Source: an uncultured Planctomycetota bacterium (GTDB lineage: Bacteria > Planctomycetota > Planctomycetia > Pirellulales > Lacipirellulaceae). Taken from it: a DNA stretch of 64,000 bases. The DNA lies in contig CAVRBU010000004.1 in the NCBI GenBank assembly GCA_963719315.1, positions 256,001 to 320,000 of the forward strand, in the 5' to 3' direction. A program made the position numbers and the translations under genes. Positions 21,940 through 33,436 of the stretch are shown here, piece after piece; position 1 is the stretch's first letter, and every line of letters starts with the position of its first letter. The notes under the pieces are model-generated. The model was given only the letters and a program-made list of their open reading frames with translations. It searched no databases and was not told the origin of the DNA.

Positions 21940-23505
21940 ATGACCGTTCGCACGCGTTTCGCGCCCAGCCCGACAGGCTACCTGCACATTGGCGGCGTGC
22001 GGACCGCGCTCTTCAATTGGCTGCTCTCAAAGGGGCAGGGGGGGCAATTCATCTTGCGGATCGATGACACCGATGCGCATCGAAACGTCGACGAAGCCCT
22101 GGTGCCCATCCTCCATGGCCTGAAATGGGTCGGGCTCGATTGGGACGAAGGACCCGAAGTTGGCGGGCCGTATGGACCGTATTATCAGTCTCAGCGGCTG
22201 GATAAATACCAGACTGCGGTTACGCAATTGCTGGCGGCCGGCGCTGCTTATCGCGATTTCGCCACGACCGAGGAGTTGCAGGCCGAGCGCGATGAGGCCC
22301 AAAAATCGGGACGGCCGTTCGTTTACAGTCGCCGCTGGCGGGCCGAGACCGAATCCGATGCCAAACGCTTCGAGTCGGAAGGCCGGCAGGGTGTCGTGCG
22401 ATTGCTGATGCCTCGCGAAGGCCAGTTCGTGCTCAATGACCTGGTCCGTGGCGAAGTGCGAATCGATTGGGCCAGCGAACAGGATCACGTGATTCAACGG
22501 GCCGACGGCACCTGCCTCTACCACTTGGCCACCGTAGTAGACGACCACGACATGCGGATTTCGCACGTCGTGCGCGCCGAAGAACACCTCTCCAACACGG
22601 CGCGGCAAGTGTTCATGTTCGAGAAGCTCGGTTACGAGTTACCACAATTCGCGCACCTGCCGTATGTCGCCGAGCCGGGCAGCAAAACGAAGCTCAGCAA
22701 ACGTAAGCTCGAAAAGTACCTCAAGAATCGTGATTTCGCGCAACTCATGGAGCACGGCCAGTCCATCGCTCGCCGAATGGGCCTCGCCGTGAATGCCGAG
22801 ACTTTCAATCCGGTGATTGTCGATTTCTATAAGCAAGTCGGCTACCTGCCCGATGCTCTTCTCAATTACTTGCTGCTGCTCGGCTGGTCGCTGGACGGCG
22901 CCACCGAGGAATTCACGCGCGACGCAATGCTCCGCAACTTTTCGCTGGAGCGCGTCAACAAGTCCCCAGCCAGTTTCGATTGCGAAAAGTTGATCGCGTT
23001 CGAATCGCGGGCAATGCAGCAAGTGCCGATAAAGCAGCGGGTGGCGAAAGTCGTGCCGTTTCTACAACGGGCCAAACTCGTCACTGATCCGCCGCCCTGC
23101 GCCACGGCTCCTTACGTTACGCGAATCTTGGAAGCGGCCGGCGATCGCGTGAAGGTGGCCGGCGATATCCTTGATTTCGATGACTTTTTCGTCCCTGACG
23201 AGCTATTGCAGTTCGACGAAGCCGCACTCGACAAGCGCCTCCGCAAACAGGCTGGGGCACGCGGGCTATTGGCAAAGTATCGAGATTCGTTGGCCGAGGT
23301 CGAACCTTTTTCCGTTGAACAATTAGAGAAGTCGGCGCACGAATTCGTCACGGCAAACGGCATCAAGATCGGCGACATCGTGCATGCCGTACGTGTCGCA
23401 ATCACGGGGAAAGCGGTCGGATTCGGCTTGTTCGATACACTGGCCATTCTCGGCCGGGACCGGTGCTTGGCCCGGATCCATCGAGCCCTTGAAATCACTG
23501 CGTAA
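21940..23505 (+). CDS. gltX: Glutamate--tRNA ligase
   Basis: [33 protein letters not shown], anticodon-binding C-terminal domain. Confidence 0.97.
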   Translation: MTVRTRFAPSPTGYLHIGGVRTALFNWLLSKGQGGQFILRIDDTDAHRNVDEALVPILHGLKWVGLDWDEGPEVGGPYGPYYQSQRLDKYQTAVTQLLAAGAAYRDFATTEELQAERDEAQKSGRPFVYSRRWRAETESDAKRFESEGRQGVVRLLMPREGQFVLNDLVRGEVRIDWASEQDHVIQRADGTCLYHLATVVDDHDMRISHVVRAEEHLSNTARQVFMFEKLGYELPQFAHLPYVAEPGSKTKLSKRKLEKYLKNRDFAQLMEHGQSIARRMGLAVNAETFNPVIVDFYKQVGYLPDALLNYLLLLGWSLDGATEEFTRDAMLRNFSLERVNKSPASFDCEKLIAFESRAMQQVPIKQRVAKVVPFLQRAKLVTDPPPCATAPYVTRILEAAGDRVKVAGDILDFDDFFVPDELLQFDEAALDKRLRKQAGARGLLAKYRDSLAEVEPFSVEQLEKSAHEFVTANGIKIGDIVHAVRVAITGKAVGFGLFDTLAILGRDRCLARIHRALEITA

Positions 23506-23595
23506 TGTCGTACATTGAACTCCCGGACACGATGAGGCACGCGCTGGAAACCGGCGCGAGGGGTGGTTGTACGCTTATTGCTTGTGGCCCTTGTC

Positions 23596-25008
23596 ATGTC
23601 TATCGGCTCGCCCAAACTGGCGCGACGCGAACAAGCCATCGAGGCGGCGCGGCGGCGCATTCGTCGGCTGGAGATCGAAACGCATCGGGTCAAGGCCGAT
23701 CTGGCGCGGCTAGAGGCCGACTACGAAGACGATGTGGCAGACACACTCTCGCGGAAACTGCGCCGGCGCGATCGTGAGGACAAGGCGGATCGTCAGGAAG
23801 GATTCGACGAAGCAGACGATCTTGCGCTATCACCCACGCTGATTGCTTGCGGTGGATCAGGGCCGGCTGCCGCCGTATTGCCTTTCGCATCGCCACCAAT
23901 CAAGCGGAGAACGCAGGCTAGAGCCGTCCCAAAGCGACGCGGCGACGACTCGCCGGCCGATCACAAGAGAAAAGAAGCGCCGCCGGCGATAGTCGCGGAA
24001 CCAACTGGACCGGCGTCGCCGGGTCAACCGTTAGCGCGACCGCGTGGCATAGTTGCCTACCGCAAAACCGCGACGCCGCTGATGTTCAGCCTGGCACTGC
24101 ATGCCGTCATATTATTGTTCTGCGTGTCGTTCACGTTCGTCACACTCGTGCAGCAGCAAATTCCGCTGTTCGCCAGCCCGGTGGAAGCGGATGATGAAAT
24201 CCCGGCGCCGATCGCCGAAGTAAAGATCGATCCTATCAAGTTCGACGACGCCGAGTTACAGAACACGATTTCACAGGCAGACGAGTTCAACATCGCCGAC
24301 AATTTGGTCCGCGAGTTAGAGCCCGCTCAACTTGGCGCGGGAACCGGGCCTGTGGGGGACATCGGCCAGCTCGACGCACTGCCGAGCGACCTGTGCGTAC
24401 TGATGGCCGGCGCCGGCAAACCCAGCAGCGGCAAGCCCGGCGGCGACTTGGGCGCGGCCGTGTTTTTTGGCACCCGATCCAAAGGGGATCGATTCGTGTT
24501 CGTGATCGACAACTCGAGTAGCATGAAAAACGGCAAGCTGGAAGTGGCCCGCGCTGAACTCGTGAAGACCGTGGAATCGCTTTCGCCCAAGCAGTCGTTC
24601 TACGTGATCTTCGTCAGTGACCAGACGTATCCAATGTTTTACCCCCAGCCGGAACTCGATCTAATTCCGGCGATTTCTGCCAACAAGAAGCGACTTATCG
24701 ATTGGCTGCCAAAGGCAATACTCGCATCCGGCAAGAATCGCGAGCTCATCAAAGCCATGGACATGGCGGCGGCCCTCCACCCGCACGCCGTCTTCTTGCT
24801 GTGGGACGGCGACATGCGCTACAGCGACAACGTGCGACTCGACGTGATGACGCACCTTACTGCCCCCAATCAATGGAACTTCACGGTTCACACGCTTGGA
24901 TTGGGGATCACCTCCGCCGATGCCGAGCAAAACCTCACCGCCATCGCCCAGGCCCACGGCGGACTCTATCGGCGAATCGAAGTGCCCAAACCCGTGCGCG
25001 GCAAGTAG
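23596..25008 (+). CDS. Membrane-anchored vWA-domain protein
   Basis: Coiled-coil N-terminus, TM segment SLALHAVILLF, MIDAS-like FVIDNSSSM, LLWDG, HTLGLG. Confidence 0.8.
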   Translation: MSIGSPKLARREQAIEAARRRIRRLEIETHRVKADLARLEADYEDDVADTLSRKLRRRDREDKADRQEGFDEADDLALSPTLIACGGSGPAAAVLPFASPPIKRRTQARAVPKRRGDDSPADHKRKEAPPAIVAEPTGPASPGQPLARPRGIVAYRKTATPLMFSLALHAVILLFCVSFTFVTLVQQQIPLFASPVEADDEIPAPIAEVKIDPIKFDDAELQNTISQADEFNIADNLVRELEPAQLGAGTGPVGDIGQLDALPSDLCVLMAGAGKPSSGKPGGDLGAAVFFGTRSKGDRFVFVIDNSSSMKNGKLEVARAELVKTVESLSPKQSFYVIFVSDQTYPMFYPQPELDLIPAISANKKRLIDWLPKAILASGKNRELIKAMDMAAALHPHAVFLLWDGDMRYSDNVRLDVMTHLTAPNQWNFTVHTLGLGITSADAEQNLTAIAQAHGGLYRRIEVPKPVRGK

Positions 25009-25111
25009 CAGCGCCGAAAATCTTGCTGCGCAGCCGCACTTGCCGCAAGAGTCTTTTCGCCTAACACTTAATTGCCCGATCATCGCTCCGCAGTTCTAAT
25101 TCGCCCGCCCC

Positions 25112-26029
25112 ATGCCGCACGATCATTCGCACGTTGATGAAACCATGAGCGATCGCCGGCTCGTGTGGTCGCTCGTATTGAATTTGCTGCTGACGATTTT
25201 CGAGGTGATTGCCGGCATGTTCGCTGGCAGCCTGGCGCTTGTGGCCGATGCGGTCCACAACCTCAGCGATTGCGGGACGTTCGTGATCGCACTTGTCGCT
25301 CGGCGAATCGGCCGGCTGCCCTCGGATGAACGCCGCACGTTCGGCTATCGCCGGGCCGAGATCATCGGCGCGCTCATCAACCTGACCGTCCTGGTCGTGA
25401 CGAGTTTGTACCTCATCTACGAGGCAATCGAACGGCTATTTGCTCAACATGCAATCAACGGTTGGATTGTGGTGATCGCGGCCAGCGTGGCGCTGGTGGT
25501 CAATGTGGCCACGGCGGCGCTGTTGCACGCTACTTCGCGCGGCAACATGAACGTGCGGGCGGCGTACCTGCACAATCTCGGCGATTCGCTGTCGTCGGCC
25601 GGTGTGATCGTGGCCGGCATCGTGATCTTGTGGTTTGGCGCCGTCTGGGTCGATTCGCTGATTACGCTTCTAGTGTCCGCATTTATCTTATGGCAGAGCG
25701 TTCCGGACATACGGCGATCGATTCACATCTTGATGGAGGGGGCGCCCGCCGACGTGAACGCGGATGAGCTCCTGGCGGCCATGCAATCGGTCGCGGGCGT
25801 CGGCGAAGTTCATCACTTGCACCTGTGGGAATTGGACGAGCACGAGCGGGCGCTCGAAGCGCACGTGGTCGTGGAAGCCAGCGACTTGGAGCGGTGGTCC
25901 GTAATCAAGCGCGAGATCAAATTGCGGCTCGTCGAGCGATTCCACATCCATCATTCAACGCTGGAACTTGAGGGCCGCGGCGAAGCTTCGTGCCAGCCTT
26001 GTCCGCCCAATCAGCGGCATCAGTGCTAG
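25112..26029 (+). CDS. czcD: Cation diffusion facilitator (Zn/Co/Cd exporter)
   Basis: SLALVADAVHNLSD, TFGYRRAE, AYLHNLGD, HHLHLW, HSTLE. Confidence 0.9.
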   Translation: MPHDHSHVDETMSDRRLVWSLVLNLLLTIFEVIAGMFAGSLALVADAVHNLSDCGTFVIALVARRIGRLPSDERRTFGYRRAEIIGALINLTVLVVTSLYLIYEAIERLFAQHAINGWIVVIAASVALVVNVATAALLHATSRGNMNVRAAYLHNLGDSLSSAGVIVAGIVILWFGAVWVDSLITLLVSAFILWQSVPDIRRSIHILMEGAPADVNADELLAAMQSVAGVGEVHHLHLWELDEHERALEAHVVVEASDLERWSVIKREIKLRLVERFHIHHSTLELEGRGEASCQPCPPNQRHQC

Positions 26030-26037
26030 CTTTCATT

Positions 26038-26119
26038 GTAGGGCACCGCCCACTATCTTGCTGCCGCAGCCCAGTATCAGGGTAATTTTCGGCGCCGTGG
26101 TGGGCAGTGCTCACGCTAC
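26038..26119. repeat. GTAG-type REP pair (inverted)
   Basis: GTAGGGCACCGCCCAC (26038-26053) and the reverse complement of GTAGCGTGAGCACTGCCCACC (26099-26119). Confidence 0.6.
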
Positions 26120-26200
26120 TGTTCAAGTTTTCCGGTTATTCCGGTCGATCTACCGATGAGCAATTCTTGTCTGCGTACACGACTCAGCATTCGCCGCGTC

Positions 26201-26750
26201 ATGGCCTCTAACGAAGAAATGTCGACCACAATCAACCGCCTTACCAGCGGGTTGATCAACGCGATTCTCGGCGCTGATTCTTTGGGTTGGCCAGACGACC
26301 TTCCGCCATGCCGGCATTTTGGCCGGCGTTGATGAAAAGCTTAACGGCGTCAAACATCAATTCGAAGACGTGGACAAGCGCCAGGAAGGCATGAAGACGT
26401 GGCTGATGAATGTCATTTCGGAGATGAAAGACAGCAGCCGGACGCAGTTTACGGCAAAAGACGGCGATAAGCTGGTCGCTCAAGTGCGGCAGGCCGAACA
26501 ATTCACAGCCGATCTGGAACGGAGGTTCGCCCAGAGGATTAACGCACTAGACTTGAAACTGGCCACCCTCGAAGCGCAGCACCACGACTCACAGGACGTC
26601 GCCGCGTTGAGGATGGAAGTCACCCAACTCCGAAGCGACTTGACGCGGACTGCCGTTGCCCAGGAATCGCAGAATCAGCAGTACCAATCGGGCGATCGAT
26701 TTGCCCGCGGCGCGCCGGTGTATTTGCCGCCGGTGGACAGTCGGCGGTAG
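26201..26750 (+). CDS. Hypothetical membrane-anchored coiled-coil protein, probable frameshift near 26275
   Basis: MASNEEM...GLINAILG joins LILWVGQTTFRHAGILAGVDEKL after a frame change, giving one TM helix plus coiled coil. Confidence 0.55.
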
Positions 26751-26786
26751 GCAGGCGGCCGCCATCGGAGACGTTCTCACGACAAC

Positions 26787-29700
26787 CTATTCGCTGCTAT
26801 TGCCATCGCCGTTATTGCCGTTGTTATTGTTCTGCTGATCGCCGCGATTGCCGTTGCGATTTTTTTCGCTTCGCTTCTTATTGCCTTCCTGCCCCGTCTG
26901 GCTTGGCTGCTGCTCGGGCCGATTGCCGAGCCAGGCTTTGCCTACGGCCTTTTCGAGAGCCTGCTGAATCGCCTTCGCCGAAACGTTGCCGTTCACTTGG
27001 TGCACTTGGACGGTAGTCTTGGGCGCGGCCTCATTGTCCAGCTCATGCACCATTCGCACGATGTCGTCGAAGAGCGCCTTTTGGGCCGACACGATGAGCA
27101 CGCCGGACACATCGTCCGCGCCGAGCGACAGCGCGCCATCGAAACCGATCTTCAAGGGCGTCGGCCGGTCGCTCTCGCTTTCGTTTGATCCGCCGTAGTT
27201 GATCACGGTCATGTGTTCGGTGCCGGAGCGATCCTCGCGCTTATCGCCGCGGTCGAACTCCTTATCGCGCTTGCTCAATAAGTCGCGGTACACTTCCTTC
27301 ACCGCGGCCGCGATGATCGAGGGTCGCGAATACTGAATCTTGATTGCCGCCGTCTGACGAATCTCGACCGAGTCCGATCGAGTCGGCTTATCGAATTGCT
27401 CGATCAACTGCTGAATCTCCGCGAGCTGCGTTGCCGAGGCATTCGCGACCAGGATGCTATTGCTGGGCCGATCGTACGTGATCATGAGTTTGCGGCGTTT
27501 CGAGAGGCCGCTGCCGGATTCCTTTTGGCTACCGGTCGGAACCAAGAAGCCGTTCCAATCGCGGATATAGTTGCCGGACTTGCCTTCCAAGTCATCTTTG
27601 AAGAAATCGGTGAGGTCGTACCACATTTCCGACGCGCGAATGTAGCGGCACGGAAATACCCTGAACCGTTTCTCCGGCGGCGTGAGTTGCTCGATCAACT
27701 CCTCCAGGCGGTCGAGCGCGGCCGTATCGTGTGAGCTGAGCATGAGCCGGCCATCGTCCGTGATCGTAATCGTGATCGGCGGCGCGGTCGCTTTGACCGG
27801 CGGCGCGACAGACGATTCCGCGGAGGGGGCCGCGGGCGCAACGGCCGTTGAAGCGGCATCGTCCGCAGCGCCTGCTGTCGCGGTCGAAGGCGCCGCCGCA
27901 TCGAGCTGGGCGAAATGAGCCGGGACCCGTGCGAGCAGCGAGGCATCGGTCGCTCGATCGGTCGCCGCGCCAGCCGCCGGCGCGGGCTGTGGCTTTTCAG
28001 CAGGCTCCTGCTTCTCGGCCGGAGCAGGCGATTTCGCTGCCGGCGCTTTGATTATCAACTCATTGCCGCCCGACGCGGGCCACGCGGCGCGAAGCTTTTC
28101 GAGCAAGGCTGCCGTATCTTTGGCGTCCGTTGGCGCGATGAGACGCACCGGGCGTGCATCCTGTTGGCCATTGGGAATCTCTCCCAATTTGACCAACAAA
28201 TCTCGAACTCGAGTCATCTCGGCTTCGTTCGCCCACAACAACAAGCGGTTGTGCTCGATATCGGCATCTACGCCAAAGCCTTTCACCGGTTTCTTCTTCT
28301 GTTCTCCGCGGTCGCGCCACGGATTGTAGTCCCAGGGATCGTAGCGACGACTTCTTTCGTCTTTCTCGTTTTGTCCACCCATCAAATTGTTGATCGAAGC
28401 CGCCACGGCATCGGCCGGCAGCTTCCGCAGCCAGATCACTTCGAACTGCCGTCCGGAGCCGTCGAACTGATCGATCAGGGAACTGATGCGCGCATGGTCC
28501 GCCGCGGTCGCCAACGCGAACAATGTCTTACTTTCGTCGTCTACTTTGAACTCGGCCGTGGGGCTGAGCCCCCCGATTTCCTCAAGCGTCGATACGAATT
28601 TCTCGGGATCGAGCGAGGTCAGCGGATACTTTTTCATCGTCCTCTGATCGTTGCTCGTCGCGCCGGCGCCGGACGATCCATCGGTGCCGAACGGCACGTC
28701 CAAGTAGTCGATCGTCTGCTCGATGACTTTCATTTGCTCCGGCGGGGCGTTGACCAGCACGCTATTGCGCTGCCGGTTATAGGCCAAATACACTTTGGGG
28801 GTGTCGGCCTTGGGCAGCATCATTTTCGACACGTCGCGGCCCTGCTGCTGCATCTGCTGCATCATTTGCAACTGTTGTTGCTGCATCTGAGGATTGGTCT
28901 GCGCAGGCTTTGCCTTTGGATCGACGCCCAATATTACATACAGAATCTCAATCACTTGTTGCGGCCGGGCGTGTTTGAGCACAAATTCTTTCGGCACAAT
29001 CCGCCCGTCCTGAATCATGCGCTCCGTATTCAATAGCTCGCTCACGGTGCGCAAATTGGCGACCGAATCCATCACCAGCAGCCGCTTCGTTGCAACCAAC
29101 GGGAAGACCTTCGCGGTCGGGCTCAACAACTGCTTGACATCGTCCTTCGCCTTGTCGACTTCCATGCTCGCGGGCAACTCAAACGAGACCTTCACGAAAT
29201 CGTACGGCTTCAAGTCGTAGAGCTGGTCTTCGGTTACGCGCCGCACCAAGCTCGGATCGAGCTTCTCGATTTTGAAGACGCTGAGGACATCGCCCGATTG
29301 GACCGCAGTGTAACCGCGAGCGTTCAGATGGCGATTGATCAAGTCGCGGACTTCGTCGAGCGAATAGGCGCGTTGGGTCGTCAGGTTGAGATAGTCGTTC
29401 GGCAGTTCTTGCCAATCGAGGCTGCACTTCGAAATGTTGGCCAGCCACTGCATCACATCGGGCCAAGGTTGCCCAATAAAGTTGAACGGCGGCACGCGGC
29501 CGTTGTCGAGCTTGACATCGAACTCGCGCGGGTCGGGCACGCGCGGCGGCTTTTCCGGCCGCTTGACCGTCGTGGGCGGCTCTTCCTTCTTCTCTCCGCC
29601 CTCGGCCTCTTTCTTTTTGTCGCCTTCGCCGGGTTTGCCTGGCTGCGCGGGCTGACCCGGCTGAGCGCCTGGCTGGGCGCCGGGCGGTGGGCCGTGTTGG

Positions 29701-29888
29701 CCGTATTTGTCGCGACCAGGTGGGGGCGACGAAGCGGGCGGATATTGTACCGTTTGAACTTCGCCAGCCGGAGTGGAGACGACAATTGTTTCCTGGGCAT
29801 CAATGCCGCGCGGCGCAATCGACACAAGCAACGAAAGAATCGCGACGCCAATGCCCCAGTCGAACTGTCGATAGAATTGTGGAGTCAT
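26787..29888 (-). CDS. Secretin N-domain repeat protein (GspD-like) without a C-terminal barrel
   Basis: N0-like FNFIGQPWPDVMQWLA; several N-domain repeats (RQRNSVLVNA, DDESKTLFA, DIEHNRLLL, DRPSNSILV, DDVSGVLIVSA). Confidence 0.8.
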   Translation of the reverse strand: MTPQFYRQFDWGIGVAILSLLVSIAPRGIDAQETIVVSTPAGEVQTVQYPPASSPPPGRDKYGQHGPPPGAQPGAQPGQPAQPGKPGEGDKKKEAEGGEKKEEPPTTVKRPEKPPRVPDPREFDVKLDNGRVPPFNFIGQPWPDVMQWLANISKCSLDWQELPNDYLNLTTQRAYSLDEVRDLINRHLNARGYTAVQSGDVLSVFKIEKLDPSLVRRVTEDQLYDLKPYDFVKVSFELPASMEVDKAKDDVKQLLSPTAKVFPLVATKRLLVMDSVANLRTVSELLNTERMIQDGRIVPKEFVLKHARPQQVIEILYVILGVDPKAKPAQTNPQMQQQQLQMMQQMQQQGRDVSKMMLPKADTPKVYLAYNRQRNSVLVNAPPEQMKVIEQTIDYLDVPFGTDGSSGAGATSNDQRTMKKYPLTSLDPEKFVSTLEEIGGLSPTAEFKVDDESKTLFALATAADHARISSLIDQFDGSGRQFEVIWLRKLPADAVAASINNLMGGQNEKDERSRRYDPWDYNPWRDRGEQKKKPVKGFGVDADIEHNRLLLWANEAEMTRVRDLLVKLGEIPNGQQDARPVRLIAPTDAKDTAALLEKLRAAWPASGGNELIIKAPAAKSPAPAEKQEPAEKPQPAPAAGAATDRATDASLLARVPAHFAQLDAAAPSTATAGAADDAASTAVAPAAPSAESSVAPPVKATAPPITITITDDGRLMLSSHDTAALDRLEELIEQLTPPEKRFRVFPCRYIRASEMWYDLTDFFKDDLEGKSGNYIRDWNGFLVPTGSQKESGSGLSKRRKLMITYDRPSNSILVANASATQLAEIQQLIEQFDKPTRSDSVEIRQTAAIKIQYSRPSIIAAAVKEVYRDLLSKRDKEFDRGDKREDRSGTEHMTVINYGGSNESESDRPTPLKIGFDGALSLGADDVSGVLIVSAQKALFDDIVRMVHELDNEAAPKTTVQVHQVNGNVSAKAIQQALEKAVGKAWLGNRPEQQPSQTGQEGNKKRSEKNRNGNRGDQQNNNNGNNGDGNSSE

Positions 29889-30014
29889 ATGGTCCGCTCC
29901 GCGCATTCCGCCAGACCTCTCCCATTAGCCGTGCGCGACTCCGTCATTATAGGCCGCCCGGCCATCGGCCACAAACATTGCGGGGGACCATCCATCGCAT
30001 GAATTCGTTGGCAT

Positions 30015-31016
30015 TCAGACCATTTCCGCCAGCACCGCGTCCACGAACTGCTCGGTGTTGGCCCTACCGCCGAGGTCGCCGGTGAGAATTCCGCCCCGCG
30101 AGAAAACCGCGCGTACCGCGTTTTCGATCCGATCGGCCGCCTGGTCTTCATTCAGGTAACGCAGCATCAGCACGGCGCTCAAGATCAGCGCCGTCGGGTT
30201 GGCGAGGCCTTTGCCGGCGATATCGGGCGCCGAGCCGTGCACGGCCTCGAACACGGCAACACCCTTTCCGACGTTTGCGCTCGGTGCCAGCCCGAGGCCA
30301 CCCACCAGCCCAGCCGTCAGATCGGAGACGATGTCGCCGAACAGATTCTCCATCACCATTACGTCGAAGGCCTGCGGATTGATGACGAGTTTCATCGCGG
30401 CGGCGTCGATAATGCAATCGTCGAAGGCGATATCGGGAAATTCTTCGGCCACGCGGCGACACATGCGCAGAAACAACCCATCGCTGAGCTTGAGAATATT
30501 CGCTTTGTGGACGCAGGTGACGCGTTTCCGACCTTGCCGGCGAGCCGTTTCGAATGCGTACCGGGCGATTCGCTCCGAGGCCCCTTCGGTCACGACGCGC
30601 AAACTTTCGACCACTCCCGGCACAACTTCGTGCTCTAATCCGCTATATAGCCCCTCCGTGTTTTCCCGGACGACAATCAAATCGACGTTTTCGTAACGCG
30701 ACGGCACGCCGGGTAACGAGCGGGCAGGGCGATAGTTGGCATAGAGACGCAGTTTTTGACGCAACTCGACATTCACGCTACGAAAGCCCGTGCCGCTGGG
30801 CGTCGCCGTCGGACCCTTGAGCGTCGCATGCGCATGCTGAACGGCGGCCAGCGTTTCGGCAGGCAGCGGGCTCCCGAGCTGGTCGAGCGCCGCTTGCCCG
30901 GCGAGGTGCGTCGTCCATGCCACGTCAATTTCGGTGGCCTCGACCACGCGCCGAGTTGCTTCGGTAACTTCGGGCCCGATCCCGTCGCCCGGAATGAGAA
31001 CAATTTGGTAGGTCAT
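30015..31016 (-). CDS. Isocitrate/isopropylmalate dehydrogenase family, NAD-IDH-like
   Basis: [61 protein letters not shown]. Confidence 0.92.
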   Translation of the reverse strand: MTYQIVLIPGDGIGPEVTEATRRVVEATEIDVAWTTHLAGQAALDQLGSPLPAETLAAVQHAHATLKGPTATPSGTGFRSVNVELRQKLRLYANYRPARSLPGVPSRYENVDLIVVRENTEGLYSGLEHEVVPGVVESLRVVTEGASERIARYAFETARRQGRKRVTCVHKANILKLSDGLFLRMCRRVAEEFPDIAFDDCIIDAAAMKLVINPQAFDVMVMENLFGDIVSDLTAGLVGGLGLAPSANVGKGVAVFEAVHGSAPDIAGKGLANPTALILSAVLMLRYLNEDQAADRIENAVRAVFSRGGILTGDLGGRANTEQFVDAVLAEMV

Positions 31017-31061
31017 AATCGCCTCCAAAAGCGCCTGTTGCAGACTAATTGGTAACAGCGC

Positions 31062-31129
31062 TGGGTGTCTGGGGCAACGCCCCCGAATCAAATGGCAACA
31101 ATTGTTTGGGGCGATGCTTCAGACGCCCA
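31062..31129. repeat. REP-like inverted repeat (half copy at 20476-20495)
   Basis: GGGTGTCTGGGGCAACGCCCC paired with GGGGCGATGCTTCAGACGCCC; GGTGTCTGAGGCAACGCCCC at 20476. Confidence 0.65.
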
Positions 31130-31223
31130 AAGTTGTGTAACTGTTACGGGCAACCGCGGCTATGATTTGGTATATTCACATCGCCGGTAGGAACAACAAA
31201 CCTTCGAGTGCAAGCACATCACG

Positions 31224-32144
31224 ATGTTCGGCGCCTACCTCTTATCGATGCTACTCGTGACCGGCGATCACGCCGCGATGAACCCATTGTTTCAGGAATT
31301 GCGAACGAAGGGCTTCGTGGTGGCCGGCGACATGCGCGTCACGCTCCCCGCGCCAACGATGCCCGACGGACTCGATGTCGCCGCTCAACAAGCTGTGCTC
31401 GCCAAAATCGTCGGCGATCGCTACCCGGTGGACGAATTTCTGCGCGAATCCGTCGTAACTCCCTTCGTACTTAAGTTCCCCGAAACACGCGGCGGAGCGG
31501 TCGCGGCCCGCGGCGTCGAACTGTGGTTTATCGTCTACGGCGATCTGAACGATCTCTCCAAGGTCGATGTGCTCAAAGATTTCACGAACTCCAAGAGTAA
31601 CGACGCTACGTTGCACGTACTCACGGCGAGCGAGTTGGAAGCCCGCCACCTTCCGGCGACGAGTGCGGACAGCGCCAAACACATCGCGACCCCAGGCGAA
31701 ACCGAAGAACGGTTCGCCCATACGATTGCTTCGATCCTAGACCACGTGGAATTGCACCACACGTTGCGCTGCGTTCTCAGCCGCAGCGAGGAATCGGTCC
31801 TGATCGCGACGTTGGTCGATCGTCGATTCGACGGCGACCGAGATTTTCCGAACGAGTATTACCGATTGATCCGTAGCGATACGGGCGATATCACGAAAGG
31901 CCCGGCCGAGCCTTATAGCGGCGCGGGCGGCTATATGAAAGCAACGCGACTCGCGCAACCCCCGGGGGCGATACTCGTCGAGTATCACTCGAACTACAGT
32001 GAACCGCACGACTGGTTCAATGGAGCGAATCTCCTGCAATCGAAGTTGCCGATTCTGCTGCAATCGCGAGTTCGCGAACTGAGACGCGATGTGCGCGCGT
32101 CGAAAAAGTCAGCGCCTGCGGACGCAGCACTATTCGTGTCGTAG
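31224..32144 (+). CDS. Secreted hypothetical protein
   Basis: 306-aa ORF with signal-like N-terminus and normal composition; EPHDWFNGANLLQSKLP segment. Confidence 0.7.
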   Translation: MFGAYLLSMLLVTGDHAAMNPLFQELRTKGFVVAGDMRVTLPAPTMPDGLDVAAQQAVLAKIVGDRYPVDEFLRESVVTPFVLKFPETRGGAVAARGVELWFIVYGDLNDLSKVDVLKDFTNSKSNDATLHVLTASELEARHLPATSADSAKHIATPGETEERFAHTIASILDHVELHHTLRCVLSRSEESVLIATLVDRRFDGDRDFPNEYYRLIRSDTGDITKGPAEPYSGAGGYMKATRLAQPPGAILVEYHSNYSEPHDWFNGANLLQSKLPILLQSRVRELRRDVRASKKSAPADAALFVS

Positions 32145-33273
32145 CGCCTCGGTCGGCGTTTGCCGCGTCGCTCGATATGCGGGATAGATACTGCCAATCG
32201 CTGCCACCAAGCAGGCGACGAAGATTCCCTCCGCGATGGTGACCGGCGCGATGGAACCATCCACGACGGCCCGAAAAGTAGGAATGACCGCCAACAATCG
32301 TGTGAGGAGTAACGCCGCCGACGTGCCGATGATTGCCCCCATCACACTCACAGCCAGCGCTTCGAGCATGATCATGCGTACGATCCGCGACTTGCGCCAG
32401 CCCACGGCCCGCAGCACGCCTATCTCGCGCGTCCGCTCGAAGACCGACATCATCATCGTGTTCAGCACACCGATGCAGCCAATGACTACCGCGATCAACG
32501 ACGTGATCCAAGCCATCGCCCGCCCCATCTTCACGAAGATGAAGTTCGATGCTTGTTCGGCGACGGGAGTGGCCGCGAGGTTCCAGTGCTTGCCATTGGT
32601 ATCGTGAAGATCTTCGATCTGACGGCGAGTTTCGGCAGTTTTCGCTTCGCCGTCGTCGTTGAGAATGATTTCAAAGCCCGTGACTTGCCCCTGACGATCC
32701 ATGATCTGCTGCAGGTCGGAAATCTTTACGAGCGCGCCGCCGTTTTCGAACGCATTTCCCACCTCGTAAATGCCGACGACTTCGAACGGCTGGCCGTCGA
32801 TCACGACGTCATCGCCCACGGCCATGCGCATGTTTTGCGCGAGCAGCTTGCCGAGCATCATCACGTGCTGATCGCTTGCCGTGAATTTGCGGCCGGTCAT
32901 GACCTTCACGTGGTCGAACAGCGGGCTGTCGGCGTACCACGCTTCGATAAACACACCGACGAGGTCGGAGTCCTGAAACGTGACAACGTCGAATAGCATC
33001 GGACAAGCGGCCGCGACGTTTGGCAACGCCTTGATTTGGGCGCCCAGCTTTTCCGGTAACGTTGCAATCACTTGCTCCGCCCGGCCACTCTTCAGCACCA
33101 CCAGATCAATGCCCTGCGTCGCATACGCGCTGACTGATGGAACCCACAAAGTCGTTCGAGAGGCCCACCAACGAGACGAACGTGCCGACGGCCAGCGCCA
33201 CGCCGAGCGCCGTGAGAATCGAGCGGACGGGCCGCCGCAATAAGTTTTTCAGCACAAAGGAAGTAAATCGCAT
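32130..33273 (-). CDS. ABC transporter permease (MacB/FtsX family), +1 frameshift near 33135
   Basis: KNLLRRPVRSILTALGV N-terminus; NTMMMSVFERTREIGVLRAVGW; YPAYRA...PTEALRHE. Confidence 0.88.
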
Positions 33274-33436
33274 GGGGAGCGGGTGGTTGCGACTCTCGAT
33301 TTGAAGCCCTGATTGTTGAGTGACGCGCCGCGAGTGGAAGCAGGCGCGCGTTTGAACTTTGCGAGCTTGATCCGATTTGCATTCAGATCGCTGCAAGTGA
33401 AGCTACTGTTATCAAGTTGGCGGCGGGAACCAACGA

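Noticed and set aside
23505..23777. 90-aa ORF overlapping the gltX stop
   Set aside because: Out of frame with, and overlapping, the vWA gene; no recognisable motif.
28840..28890. CAG-rich tract in the secretin-like gene as a phase-variable repeat
   Set aside because: Mixed codons encode a Gln/Met linker; not a pure microsatellite.
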